Shown here: piece after piece, positions 8,227-18,094 of the stretch
How the letters are laid out: each line of letters begins with the position of its first letter
How positions within the stretch are numbered: the first letter of the stretch is position 1
NCBI GenBank assembly: GCA_913045915.1
Contig: CAJWSS010000001.1
Span: forward strand, 1 to 32,926
Direction: 5' to 3'
Source of the DNA: an uncultured Alphaproteobacteria bacterium
GTDB lineage: Bacteria > Pseudomonadota > Alphaproteobacteria > Puniceispirillales > Puniceispirillaceae
DNA length: 32,926 bases
Notes under the pieces: generated by a model
The model's database searches: none
What the model was told of the DNA's origin: nothing
Seen by the model: only the letters and a program-made list of their open reading frames with translations
Position numbers and translations under genes: made by a program

Positions 8227-9985
8227 CATCATCAGCAAAAAATTGCAATTGACACAACCGCGCATAAAGCCCCGGTTTGGCAAGCAAGCTGTCATGCGTC
8301 CCAGTCTCAACAATCCGTCCAGCATCCATCACCACAATCAGATCCGCCTCTCTCACCGTGGCCAGACGATGCGCCACCACTATTGTGGTCCGGCCAGCCT
8401 GTAGACGCGTTAACGCCTCTTGCACCTGTCGTTCAGATTCTGCATCAAGCGCGGCGGTGGCTTCGTCAAGAAGCAGGATGGGCGCATCTTTGAGCAACGC
8501 CCGGGCAATGGAAATACGCTGGCGTTGGCCACCTGACAATCTATTGCCCATGGCCCCAACAGGCGCGTCATAGCCGCCGGGCAGTGCCATGATAAAATCA
8601 TGCGCCGCCGCCCCTTTGGCGGCTGTTTCAATCTCGTCTTGGCTGGCATTGGCTTTGCCAAACGCGATATTTGCGGCAACCGTGTCATCAAATAAAATCG
8701 CATCTTGGCTGACCAATGCCATGGCACCGCGCAGGCTGTGAAGGGTCACATCACTGATGGTCTGGCCATCAATCAAAATCTGTCCGGATGTGACGTCAAA
8801 AAACCGCGGCAGTAGATTTATAATGGTGCTTTTGCCGGCACCACTTGGCCCAACCAGCGCCACAGTTTGTCCGGGCTTTACGCTGAAATTAATATCATCC
8901 AGCGCCGCCGCATCACCACCATAAGAAAATCCAACAGCGTCAAAGGAGATTTGGCCGGTCTTGATCTCAAGAGCTTGCGCCCCTTCACGGTCGGTGACCT
9001 GCCGCGGTGTATCAAGCAAGGTCAAAATACGTTCCGCCGCGGCGAGGCCCTCATTTGTCACGGCATTTAGCGTTCCAATGGCGCGCACAGGCTGAACCAA
9101 TAAAATCAGCGTGGTGATAAAAGCAATCACATCACCAACCTGCATATCGCCTTGTGCCACACGCCAACTTGCCAGCGCCACGACACCGCCAACTGCAACA
9201 CCGCCAACAATTTCTAGGATCGGATCAATTTTCGCACGCCCGGTCAGCAACCCAACAAGCCGCTGGTACAAGCCGTCAAATGCCACACGCGTCCGGCCAA
9301 TTTCCTGATCTTCAAGCTGATAGGCCTTAACCATACGGGTGCCTTGCAGGGTTTCTGCCAGCAATGACGTGACGTCTTCCATATGTGTCTGTAAATTACC
9401 CGATGCTTTGCGTTGGCGGTTGCCGATACGGATAATCGGTTGCATCGCCAACGGGTACACCGCAAGCACAACAAACGCCATCAGCCAATCCAGCCAGAAC
9501 ATGGCGCCCACCAGAACGATCACTGTCAGACTATCGCGCACCAGGTTATTGGCCAAGCGGACAAACGCTTCGCGCACCAAATTGAGATCATTCATAATGC
9601 GGGACATAAACACCCCAGCGGGTTCGCCGCTGATGGTCTCTAAATCAGCTTTGATCAGAGTCTTGGCCATATCTTTTTGCAAATCGGTTGATACGCGCAA
9701 TGCCAGTGCATTGACCATCACTGTCTGGGCAAATAGCGCCAGCCCTTTCACCAGCGCAAAAGCAAAGATGACCGGGGGAGCCAGCCAGATGATTTCCGCC
9801 GCTCGTCCATCGGCAAGCGCATTAAATATATATTTGGTTAATAATGGATAGGCTGAGGCGGTACCCGCCACCAACGCCATCAATAGCAACGCCCCGATCA
9901 AACGCGGCAGATATGGCACCACCCAGCCCTGCCAAATGCGGCGCATGATGATCTTGTTGGACAATGACTTAGGGGTGTCGCGCAT
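8207..9985 (-). CDS. msbA: Lipid A export ABC transporter, fused permease/ATPase (MsbA-like)
   Basis: N-terminal transmembrane domain, Walker A GPSGAGKST, LSGGQRQR, ILLLDEATAALD, VAHRL; next to lipid A genes. Start ATG 9985 or TTG 9991. Confidence 0.8.
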   Translation of the reverse strand: MRDTPKSLSNKIIMRRIWQGWVVPYLPRLIGALLLMALVAGTASAYPLLTKYIFNALADGRAAEIIWLAPPVIFAFALVKGLALFAQTVMVNALALRVSTDLQKDMAKTLIKADLETISGEPAGVFMSRIMNDLNLVREAFVRLANNLVRDSLTVIVLVGAMFWLDWLMAFVVLAVYPLAMQPIIRIGNRQRKASGNLQTHMEDVTSLLAETLQGTRMVKAYQLEDQEIGRTRVAFDGLYQRLVGLLTGRAKIDPILEIVGGVAVGGVVALASWRVAQGDMQVGDVIAFITTLILLVQPVRAIGTLNAVTNEGLAAAERILTLLDTPRQVTDREGAQALEIKTGQISFDAVGFSYGGDAAALDDINFSVKPGQTVALVGPSGAGKSTIINLLPRFFDVTSGQILIDGQTISDVTLHSLRGAMALVSQDAILFDDTVAANIAFGKANASQDEIETAAKGAAAHDFIMALPGGYDAPVGAMGNRLSGGQRQRISIARALLKDAPILLLDEATAALDAESERQVQEALTRLQAGRTTIVVAHRLATVREADLIVVMDAGRIVETGTHDSLLAKPGLYARLCQLQFFADDVTHAAK

Positions 9986-10068
9986 CGGCAAAACTATCCT
10001 TATTCGTCAATTTCTAGCCTGCTACCCAGCTTTGTTAAAGCTGAAACCACACCAAAATCATACCAAAA

Positions 10069-11133
10069 TCACATGGCCGTTTTTACTGAAGCTAATTGTG
10101 ATGCTGGCAAGTCTAGCATATTCAGCGTCGCCGTACATACATCTGCCGCGGTAATTGTTTTGATTTGCCCGGGCTTGCCAATCAGTGACTCATCAACAGC
10201 CACAGCATGCAAATTCGGCGTGTAGTCAAGGGGCCGGCTTTGTGCATAAATACCAAGCGCTGGCGTGCCGCAAGCCGCCGCCAGATTCAACAAACCTGAA
10301 TCATTGCCTACAAATCCGCCGGCACGTGCCAATAAGGCAATCCCAACATCGAGTTTAGTGATGGCGTTGACCACCCGACTATGCGACGGCAGGTGATCGA
10401 TGATTTTTTGCACCATCGGCCGTTCTGACGGCGCCCCCATCAAACAGCAGATCAGATGCGGACGCGTTGTCGCCAGTAAAGCGATTAATTCAGCAAATTT
10501 TTCTAGGGGCCAACAGCGGTCTTCATCCATCGCACCCACACCCAAAATCAGCATATCTGCGGCTCTTTCGATGTTATGCGCCGTCATAAAATCATCAGCC
10601 GCTTTCGTGGCTGCAGACGTAATATTCACCCGCCATACAGGGTCAATGGGAAACTCATTCAGCGCGGCATATATGCGCATTTTGGCAATCGGGTGCATTT
10701 TGCGCGCAGATTTTTCAAGAAATTGTCCTTTGTTCACCCATAATCTTTGCCGCCCAATGCCATAACCCCAACGTGATGTCAGCCCAGCGAAATAGGCCGC
10801 CATGGCATAGCGCGGGCTGTGATGCAAAATTAATGCGCGGTCAGCACCTGTTGATTTGAAATCAGCAACCAACCGCCAAAACCCGCGCCAACCATCATGG
10901 CGGCCACGCATGCCGCGTTGCGAACGGTCAATCGGTAAAATATCAATCAGTCCTTCGGTTTCAGCAAATAAAACCGGTGCCTGCACGCTTGGCTTTGTTG
11001 CCAAGATGACTTGGTTGTGCGAACAAAGATAATCAATCCACGGCTTGTGCCAGATCATGTCACCAATGCCGACAAGTGGCTGTATGACCAACAGTTTAGC
11101 TTGTGAAGACTGTGTTGAAATCAAGTCAGACAT
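10069..11133 (-). CDS. Glycosyltransferase family 9 (LPS heptosyltransferase-like)
   Basis: N-terminal GIGD, RCWPLEKF, FVGNDSGLLNLAAA; GGAG Shine-Dalgarno upstream. Confidence 0.85.
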   Translation of the reverse strand: MSDLISTQSSQAKLLVIQPLVGIGDMIWHKPWIDYLCSHNQVILATKPSVQAPVLFAETEGLIDILPIDRSQRGMRGRHDGWRGFWRLVADFKSTGADRALILHHSPRYAMAAYFAGLTSRWGYGIGRQRLWVNKGQFLEKSARKMHPIAKMRIYAALNEFPIDPVWRVNITSAATKAADDFMTAHNIERAADMLILGVGAMDEDRCWPLEKFAELIALLATTRPHLICCLMGAPSERPMVQKIIDHLPSHSRVVNAITKLDVGIALLARAGGFVGNDSGLLNLAAACGTPALGIYAQSRPLDYTPNLHAVAVDESLIGKPGQIKTITAADVCTATLNMLDLPASQLASVKTAM

Positions 11134-11394
11134 ATAGTTCTACTCCAGTGATCACCGTCACTGATCGGTTTCAAAGGCTGGCCTGATGGCGCGGCATTGG
11201 CCGTGGGACCGCCGCCCCAATCTAGCGGCAATCGGCTGATCATTCAAACGATCAATCATGCTGGTTTGATAGCCGTCACTTGCGGGGCGATCTGGTGCCT
11301 CTTTTCTATTTATGGATTTTGGCCTAGAACAAAACCAACGCGGGGGGCATCAATCTCTTTGGGCACTGGCCGCATGGGAAAGCGCATATAGTCA

Positions 11395-12072
11395 ATGATC
11401 AAACAACTCATACGATCAGCAATAGGCAATGCATTGGTCGGCTGGACAGCCGGGGCCATTATTGCGGCCTTGATGGTTACGGTGAGATGGCGCGCTCATA
11501 AAGACCAGAATATAAAAGAAATCTTGCGCCGCAATGAGGGTGTGGTTTTGGTATTCTGGCATGAAAGATTGCTTGCCATGCCATGGTTATGGCCATCTGT
11601 CTTTCCTCTATTTGCGTTACAATCACCGCATGCTGATGGCCGCATGATGTCACATGCCATTGGGTGTTTTGGCGTCAAAACAGTTTGGGGCAGTTCAAAC
11701 CGCAGCCCGCTATCCGGCTTGCGTGGATTAAAACGTGTTCTTGATAACGGGCACTCAGTTGCCATCACCCCGGACGGCCCGCGCGGCCCGGCCCGTATTT
11801 TGGCGGCTGGCCCGGTATCGATTGCGCAGATGGCAGGCAAACCCATTGTGCCAATGTGCTGGTCGGTAGACCGATATTGGCGGGCCAGTGGATGGGACCG
11901 GTTGATTATCCCGAAACCATTTGCTCGTGGGCAATTTGTCATGGGCCAGCCAATGCACATCGAAAAACTGGATAAAGCCGGGCTGGAAGCGGCGCGCAAA
12001 GCCATTGAAACCACCATGAACGAGCAAGCGGACATGATTGATATTGCTGTTACTGGGCACGCAATCCGGTGA
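11395..12072 (+). CDS. DUF374 lysophospholipid acyltransferase family protein (LpxJ-like lipid A late acyltransferase)
   Basis: VFWHERLL, SPHADG, GSS, ITPDGPRGP, WDRLIIPKPFARG; directly upstream of waaA. Confidence 0.85.
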   Translation: MIKQLIRSAIGNALVGWTAGAIIAALMVTVRWRAHKDQNIKEILRRNEGVVLVFWHERLLAMPWLWPSVFPLFALQSPHADGRMMSHAIGCFGVKTVWGSSNRSPLSGLRGLKRVLDNGHSVAITPDGPRGPARILAAGPVSIAQMAGKPIVPMCWSVDRYWRASGWDRLIIPKPFARGQFVMGQPMHIEKLDKAGLEAARKAIETTMNEQADMIDIAVTGHAIR

Positions 12073-13358
12073 TGGTTTTGTCAGTCTATAATATGGTCTG
12101 GCGGCTGCTCCGACCTTTGATCCCGCTTATATTGTGGTACCGCACACGCCGCGGCAAAGAAATGGCCAGCCGGCGGCTTGAACGCTATGGGCGCAGTGAC
12201 ATACCGGCCAATAAAATACACCCGCGCGTTACAGGGCGTATCTGGTTGCATGGGGTCAGCGTTGGTGAAACGGTGGCCGCCCTACGTCTGGCCCGGGCGC
12301 TTGCAGACCATCTGCCTGATCATGAGTTTTTACTCACCACCAATACCGTCACCGGCCTTGATGTGATTCAGGCCGCCATGGCAGATCACCCCGATATGCC
12401 GGTGCGCCATGTGATGCAGCCACTAGATCACCCGGATTTTGTCGATCAGTTTCTGACCCATTGGCACCCCGTTGCCGCCATTTTCATGGAGTCTGATTTT
12501 TGGCCCAATCTTATTCTGCGCTCCAAACAATTTGGCATTCCGGTGATTTTTGCATCTTCGCAATTATCGAAAAAAGCCGCGGCAAAATGGATGAAGCGCC
12601 CAGCATTTGCTAAACAACTATTTGCTGCCGCTGATCTAATTTTTCCGGTTGATTCCGATCAGGCAGAACAGTTTCGCCGTTTAATTGGCACCACGCAAAA
12701 TGCGCCGCAGATAGAGGTGATTGGATCGCTAAAACTACCAGACACGCAAACCCCAGATCCCGCGTTACAGCAAATTTTGCGCAACGCCGCCGCCGGTCGC
12801 CGCGTGTTTCTTGCGGCGTCAACACATGAAGGCGAGGATCAAATCATTATTGATGCCGCCAAAATTCTTGGGGCTGGGTGGCTGACGATCATCGCCCCCC
12901 GCCATCCTCATCGTGGCGATTCAATCGCGGCGCTTGCCGGACAGGCACCGCAACGCAGTCACGGCGCTATGCCTGACCAAAACACACAAATATTTATCAT
13001 GGATAGCCTTGGCGAAATGGGCACATTATTCAGCCTCGCCGCTTATGTCTTTTTGGGAGGCTCATTGGTGCCAGCTGGGGGGCATAACCCATTGGAGCCT
13101 GCCGCCTTTGGCGTGCCGATTTTCACCGGCGCGCATATTTTCAAGAATATGGCAGAATTTGACGGACTCGCCGCCGCAGGAGCGGTGTTTAGCGTCAGTG
13201 ATGCTGAAACACTAACCAAACAGATCTATCTGCTGGAAAAAGACCCCAAACGACGCGCCAAACTTGCCACAGCGGCCAAAGATTATGTTACCATAGCGCA
13301 TCAGCGCGTTGGCGTTGCGGCACGCGCGATTGGCCATGTTCTGACCACAGATAAATGA
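12069..13358 (+). CDS. waaA: 3-deoxy-D-manno-octulosonic acid (Kdo) transferase
   Basis: IWLHGVSVGE, ESDFWPNL, AASTHEGE, APRHPHR, GGSLVPAGGHNPLEPA. Confidence 0.95.
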   Translation: MMVLSVYNMVWRLLRPLIPLILWYRTRRGKEMASRRLERYGRSDIPANKIHPRVTGRIWLHGVSVGETVAALRLARALADHLPDHEFLLTTNTVTGLDVIQAAMADHPDMPVRHVMQPLDHPDFVDQFLTHWHPVAAIFMESDFWPNLILRSKQFGIPVIFASSQLSKKAAAKWMKRPAFAKQLFAAADLIFPVDSDQAEQFRRLIGTTQNAPQIEVIGSLKLPDTQTPDPALQQILRNAAAGRRVFLAASTHEGEDQIIIDAAKILGAGWLTIIAPRHPHRGDSIAALAGQAPQRSHGAMPDQNTQIFIMDSLGEMGTLFSLAAYVFLGGSLVPAGGHNPLEPAAFGVPIFTGAHIFKNMAEFDGLAAAGAVFSVSDAETLTKQIYLLEKDPKRRAKLATAAKDYVTIAHQRVGVAARAIGHVLTTDK

Positions 13359-13392
13359 CATATATTCACCAGACAGAGTGAACGCGGTAACA

Positions 13393-14385
13393 ATGATCAA
13401 AACACCTGAATTTTGGAACCATCGCGGCATCATGTCGGTCTTATTATGGCCATTGTCGCTTATCTGGGCCTTTGCCAGTGCCACACGTAATCATTTTGCC
13501 ACACAAAGCACGGCAGCATTGCCGGTGATCTGTATTGGCAATGTAACCGCTGGGGGAACCGGCAAAACCCCTGTCACTGCATTTTTATATGATGGGTTGC
13601 GTGCCGCTGGTTATCGCCCGGCCATTTTAATACGCGGCTATGGGGCGGCGGTAAGCGCCCCTTTATGGGTTGATCCGTCGCAACACACCATTGATGATTG
13701 TGGTGACGAGGCGCTGATGCTGGCCGAAAGCCGCGATGTTCTGGTGGCCCCGGACCGGGTTGCTGGGGCGCATGTCATCAGCCTGCGTGGGCTACATGAT
13801 GTCATTTTGATGGATGATGGTATGCAAAACCCATTTATCAGCAAAACATTCTCAATTGGCATTTTTGATGGGAGCGTTGGCATCGGCAATGGTTTTTTGA
13901 TCCCCGCCGGCCCATTGCGTGTATCGCTGGCATCTGGCGTGCAACAAATGGATATCGCCCTGATCAATGGCGATGATGAAACCAATATAGCGGCCAAGCT
14001 ACCTGCCAGCCTGACGCAATTGAGCGCCAATTTATTGCCCGACCCATCCACCATTGACGCACTTTCCGGCACGCCGGTATTGGCCTTTGCCGGCATTGGA
14101 CAGCCAAAACGATTTTTTGCCACTCTGCGCAAGGCTGGCTGTAATCTTGTGCATTATCTGGCCTTTGCCGATCACCACCCCTATAGCGAAACCGATTTGG
14201 TAAGGTTGCAGGAAGATGCCATGCGTCTGGGGGCGCAATTAGTCACAACGCAAAAAGATTGGGTGCGCCTGCCCGCTGAATGGCGCGAACGAATTGTCGT
14301 CTTGCCGGTGGCGCTGGCACTTGATGATGATGGGGCTTTGCTGACGCATGTTGAGTCTGCCATCAACGCCCACCAGAACAGCTGA
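13393..14385 (+). CDS. lpxK: Tetraacyldisaccharide 4'-kinase
   Basis: PVICIGNVTAGGTGKTP, RGYG, GDEALML, MDDGMQ, PAGPLR, FAGIG.P..FF, TTQKD. Start ATG 13393 or GTG 13378. Confidence 0.95.
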   Translation: MIKTPEFWNHRGIMSVLLWPLSLIWAFASATRNHFATQSTAALPVICIGNVTAGGTGKTPVTAFLYDGLRAAGYRPAILIRGYGAAVSAPLWVDPSQHTIDDCGDEALMLAESRDVLVAPDRVAGAHVISLRGLHDVILMDDGMQNPFISKTFSIGIFDGSVGIGNGFLIPAGPLRVSLASGVQQMDIALINGDDETNIAAKLPASLTQLSANLLPDPSTIDALSGTPVLAFAGIGQPKRFFATLRKAGCNLVHYLAFADHHPYSETDLVRLQEDAMRLGAQLVTTQKDWVRLPAEWRERIVVLPVALALDDDGALLTHVESAINAHQNS

Positions 14386-15281
14386 TGGCAGATCCGGTTG
14401 CAAAAATCATCGGGCGATATGCGCGGCGCATTTTCATCTGGCCGATCGAAGCTGGTCTTGTGTTTTTGCTATTTTTCACCGCCCGTTTACTGCCGGTCAC
14501 AATCGCCAGTGCTGGTTTAGGCTATTTTCTGGGATTTATTGGCCCGTTCACCCCATGGCAAGCCCGGGCACGGCGCAATCTTACCCTCGCGCTGCCGCAT
14601 CTTGATCAACAAGCACAAACCGCCATCTTGAAAAAAATGTGGAATAATCTTGGCCGCGTATTGGGCGAATATCCACATATCGGACGACTCGCCAAAACCA
14701 ACCGGGTTGAATTTGTCGGGCTGGATCATTTGCACGCCCTGCATGGTGGTGGGTTTTTAATCGGGGCACATATTGGCAATTGGGAAGTTGGCCCACTGGC
14801 CGCCCTATCAGTGGGTAAAAAAGTGGCGGCCATCTATCGCCCGCTGAACAACCCGCTTTTAGCTGGCCTGCTTGAGCGCCGGCAGAAACATTATGGCGGC
14901 GATATTTATCGTAAAGGACGCGAAGCGGCACTGGGCATGGTCACCGCCATGCGCAAACAACAAGTGATGTGCCTCTTGGTTGACCAACAATTGCGTGAGG
15001 GCATGGCCGTGCCATTTTTCGGGCATCCTGCAAAAACCTCGATCAGCCATATTAAAATCGCCATCAAAAAAAATGTGCCGATTATGTTTATGCGCACCGA
15101 ACGGCTGGATGGATGCCGGTTTCGGGTGACCATATCCGCACCGCTTGCACTGCCGCAAACAAGTTCAGACGATGCTGTTCTTCATGTAGCGACCGCGATT
15201 AACCAAGAGCTTGCAAGATGGATTGCCGCGCAACCAGATCAATGGTTTTGGCCGCACCGCCGCTGGGGCAAAGACATCTGA
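14385..15281 (+). CDS. lpxL: Lipid A biosynthesis late acyltransferase (LpxL/HtrB family)
   Basis: HIGNWE catalytic HX4E, YRPLNNP, LVDQ, VPFFG, PDQWFWPHRRW; TGATG coupling to lpxK. Confidence 0.85.
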   Translation: MADPVAKIIGRYARRIFIWPIEAGLVFLLFFTARLLPVTIASAGLGYFLGFIGPFTPWQARARRNLTLALPHLDQQAQTAILKKMWNNLGRVLGEYPHIGRLAKTNRVEFVGLDHLHALHGGGFLIGAHIGNWEVGPLAALSVGKKVAAIYRPLNNPLLAGLLERRQKHYGGDIYRKGREAALGMVTAMRKQQVMCLLVDQQLREGMAVPFFGHPAKTSISHIKIAIKKNVPIMFMRTERLDGCRFRVTISAPLALPQTSSDDAVLHVATAINQELARWIAAQPDQWFWPHRRWGKDI

Positions 15282-15333
15282 TCACCGATGGTCTATCGGC
15301 TGTAAAATCGGCGATCGCCACACTCTATTTGGC

Positions 15334-16767
15334 TTAGAATAAATCGTCCTGACGCTGATCATGCCGCGCTGCAGGCTTGGTCTTCTGGCGCGGGCTTGGC
15401 GGGGTGGCGGTATCTTTATCAAACGTTGCGTGGCGTTGACCATCAGCAAACCGGACCAGCGCATTGGCATGTGTTGGCAGTTCTGCCGATCGTTTAACCG
15501 GCACCCCGTGCTGATTAGTCACCAAAGCAAATCCACGGTCCAACACCCGTTCAAATGAATTGGCATCAAGCAACCGCCCGACATGTTCCACAGCCTGTTG
15601 GCGGCGTTCTAAATCAATCGCCATTGATTTTGTCAGGCGCAGGCTTAATTCCGATAAACGGCCTTTGGCTTCGGCCATCTGGCGTTCCGGTGGATATAAA
15701 CGTCCTGCCGCGTTTGACAACCTTAAAGCACGCGCCGATAACCATTGTTCTAGTCCATTGGCCAGACCACTCACGGCATAATCCAGCATTTCGCCGCGCC
15801 GGGCGATAAATTCATCAGGGTCACTTAGCGCCCGTTCTGCCATTGTAAGCAGTTGCGATGCATTATTGATTTTGTTGGCCGTGGCGCGGGTAAGGCGCGC
15901 ATCCAATTCCGCCATTAATGCAACCAATTCAGACTTTACCGGCACAGCCATTTCCGCGGCGGCTGTTGGCGTTGGTGCGCGCAGATCAGCGGCAAAATCA
16001 ATCAGGGTGGTATCGGTTTCATGACCGATCGCTGAGATGACCGGGATTTGGCACGCGGCAACAGCGCGCACGACTTCTTCTTCATTAAATGCCCAAAGAT
16101 CTTCCAAAGCACCACCGCCGCGCGCAACGATAAGCACATCTGGGCGCGGCAACGGGCCATCATGGGGCATGCTGTCAAATCCATGGATGGCCGCCGCCAC
16201 CTGCGGAGCGGCAGACTGGCCCTGTACCAGCGTACCCCAGACCAAGACCCGCACCCCGAAACGATCACTTAATCGGTGCAGAATATCGCGGATCACCGCA
16301 CCTGTCGGGCTGGTCACAACGCCAATTGTGGTTGGCATAGCGGGAATGGGTTGTTTTCGATCTGCGTCAAACAAGCCCTCAGCCGCCAATTGCCGACGGC
16401 GTTCTTCCAGCTGTTTCAGCAACGCCCCTTCACCGGCAATTTCCATTTGCGACACGACAATTTGATATTTTGATTGTCCGGCAAAGGTCGTCAGGCGGCC
16501 AGATGCTATCACCTCTAACCCTTCTTCTGGCTGTACCGCCAGATTGCCCGCAACCGTTTTCCAACAAACCGCGGCCAGCGTGGACCGGTCATCTTTCAAG
16601 GTGAAGTAAAGATGCCCGGATGCTGCCCGGGTTGGCCGAGAAATTTCTGCGCGCACCCGGACAAATTCAAACGCCCCTTCAACGGTGGCTTTGATCGCTT
16701 TGGACAATTCACTGATCGTGAAATACGGTGTGTTCTCACCGATGTTTTGTGGCGGGCCCTCTTCCAT
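15334..16767 (-). CDS. xseA: Exodeoxyribonuclease VII large subunit
   Basis: SGHLYFTLKD, IGVVTSPTGAVIRDI, IVARGGG, SAIGHETD, APTPTAAAE, LDRGF. Confidence 0.95.
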   Translation of the reverse strand: MEEGPPQNIGENTPYFTISELSKAIKATVEGAFEFVRVRAEISRPTRAASGHLYFTLKDDRSTLAAVCWKTVAGNLAVQPEEGLEVIASGRLTTFAGQSKYQIVVSQMEIAGEGALLKQLEERRRQLAAEGLFDADRKQPIPAMPTTIGVVTSPTGAVIRDILHRLSDRFGVRVLVWGTLVQGQSAAPQVAAAIHGFDSMPHDGPLPRPDVLIVARGGGALEDLWAFNEEEVVRAVAACQIPVISAIGHETDTTLIDFAADLRAPTPTAAAEMAVPVKSELVALMAELDARLTRATANKINNASQLLTMAERALSDPDEFIARRGEMLDYAVSGLANGLEQWLSARALRLSNAAGRLYPPERQMAEAKGRLSELSLRLTKSMAIDLERRQQAVEHVGRLLDANSFERVLDRGFALVTNQHGVPVKRSAELPTHANALVRFADGQRHATFDKDTATPPSPRQKTKPAARHDQRQDDLF

Positions 16768-16823
16768 AACCGCTTCATACTATGGCATATTGGCGGCGCC
16801 GCAACTCCAAAGGATAGCAAATT

Positions 16824-18080
16824 ATGAAGATTTTACTCATCGGCAGTGGGGGCCGCGAACATGCGCTGGCCTGGTCGATTGCTGACTCACCGCTGACCCA
16901 GCAATTGGTGATTGCCCCCGGCAATCCGGGCATGGCGCCTTATGGCGAATTGGTTGACATTGCGGCCGATGACATTGATGCCATTTGCGATTACGCGGCG
17001 GCGATGCCGGCTGATCTGGTGGTTGTTGGGCCTGAAGTGCCACTGGTTCTGGGATTGGTTGACAAGCTGAACGCGCGCAACATTCCCGCCTTTGGCCCAA
17101 CGGCCGCGGCCGCCAAACTTGAAGGGTCAAAGGAATTTGCCCGGGCATTTTGTCAACGCCACAACATTCCTCAACCAGCCTTTTTCCCGGTGGATGATTA
17201 CGCCGCCGCCTGTCAGCATATTGATGCGCTTGGCAGTTGTGTGATCAAAGCTGATGGGCTAGCCGCCGGCAAAGGCGTTGTTGTTGCCGACACCGCCGCA
17301 CAAGCCAAACAAGCCGCCAAACAGATGCTTGACGGCCAATTCGGTGCCGCCAGTGCCCGGCTTGTGATCGAACAAAGAATCAGCGGGCCAGAAGCGTCAC
17401 TCTTTGCGCTTCTTGACGGCGAAAATGCAATTTTGATGGCGACCGCACAAGACCATAAACGCGCGTTTGATGGCGACACTGGCCCGAATACTGGTGGCAT
17501 GGGGGCAATTTCACCTGCACCGCGGCTAAGTGCTGAGCTTGAAAATGAGGTAATGGAACGGGTGGTCAAACCGGTTGCCCGCGGCATGCATGACGAAGGC
17601 ACGCCCTATCGCGGCGTTCTTTATGTTGGTCTGATGTTGACCGAAACCGGGCCGCACGTCATCGAATTTAACTGCCGTTTTGGTGATCCAGAGGCACAGG
17701 TGATTCTACCCCGTCTGAGAACTGACATTGTCAGTGCCATGCTGGCTACGATCAATAACAGTCTGGGGCATTTTGATATGCGCTGGGACAGTCGCCATGC
17801 GGTCACTGTGGTGATGGCCAATCAAGGCTACCCGGGGACCTATAACAAAGGCAGTGCGATTAAAAATATGGCCGCGGCTGATAATCAGAATGATCAATTG
17901 GTGTTTCACGCCGGCACAGCCCTTGATGCAAACGGTCAGGTGACCGCGGTGGGTGGCCGGGTGTTAGCGGTCACCGGACTTGGCGATACCGCAGAAGCCG
18001 CTCGTGCCAAGGCGTATGACGCTGTGGCGCAAATCGACTGGCCTGAGGGATTTTATCGCCGCGACATTGCCAACAGCTAG
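16824..18080 (+). CDS. purD: Phosphoribosylamine--glycine ligase
   Basis: GSGGREHAL, KADGLAAGKGV, QDHKR, GPNTGGMG, EFNCRFGDPE, GGRVL; AGGA Shine-Dalgarno. Confidence 0.97.
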   Translation: MKILLIGSGGREHALAWSIADSPLTQQLVIAPGNPGMAPYGELVDIAADDIDAICDYAAAMPADLVVVGPEVPLVLGLVDKLNARNIPAFGPTAAAAKLEGSKEFARAFCQRHNIPQPAFFPVDDYAAACQHIDALGSCVIKADGLAAGKGVVVADTAAQAKQAAKQMLDGQFGAASARLVIEQRISGPEASLFALLDGENAILMATAQDHKRAFDGDTGPNTGGMGAISPAPRLSAELENEVMERVVKPVARGMHDEGTPYRGVLYVGLMLTETGPHVIEFNCRFGDPEAQVILPRLRTDIVSAMLATINNSLGHFDMRWDSRHAVTVVMANQGYPGTYNKGSAIKNMAAADNQNDQLVFHAGTALDANGQVTAVGGRVLAVTGLGDTAEAARAKAYDAVAQIDWPEGFYRRDIANS

Positions 18081-18094
18081 CGCGGTTTTTCCGG

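Noticed and set aside
10027-10043. Inverted repeat CAGCTTT-GTT-AAAGCTG between GT9 and msbA
   Set aside because: No U-tract and a weak stem; cannot be called a terminator or operator from sequence alone.
11134-11394. 261-nt divergent intergenic region with a 33-codon minus-strand ORF, a 64 aa plus-strand ORF and a CAGTGA-N6-TCACTG hairpin
   Set aside because: No Shine-Dalgarno or protein features for the ORFs, the hairpin is only 6 bp, and I recognise no riboswitch or sRNA.
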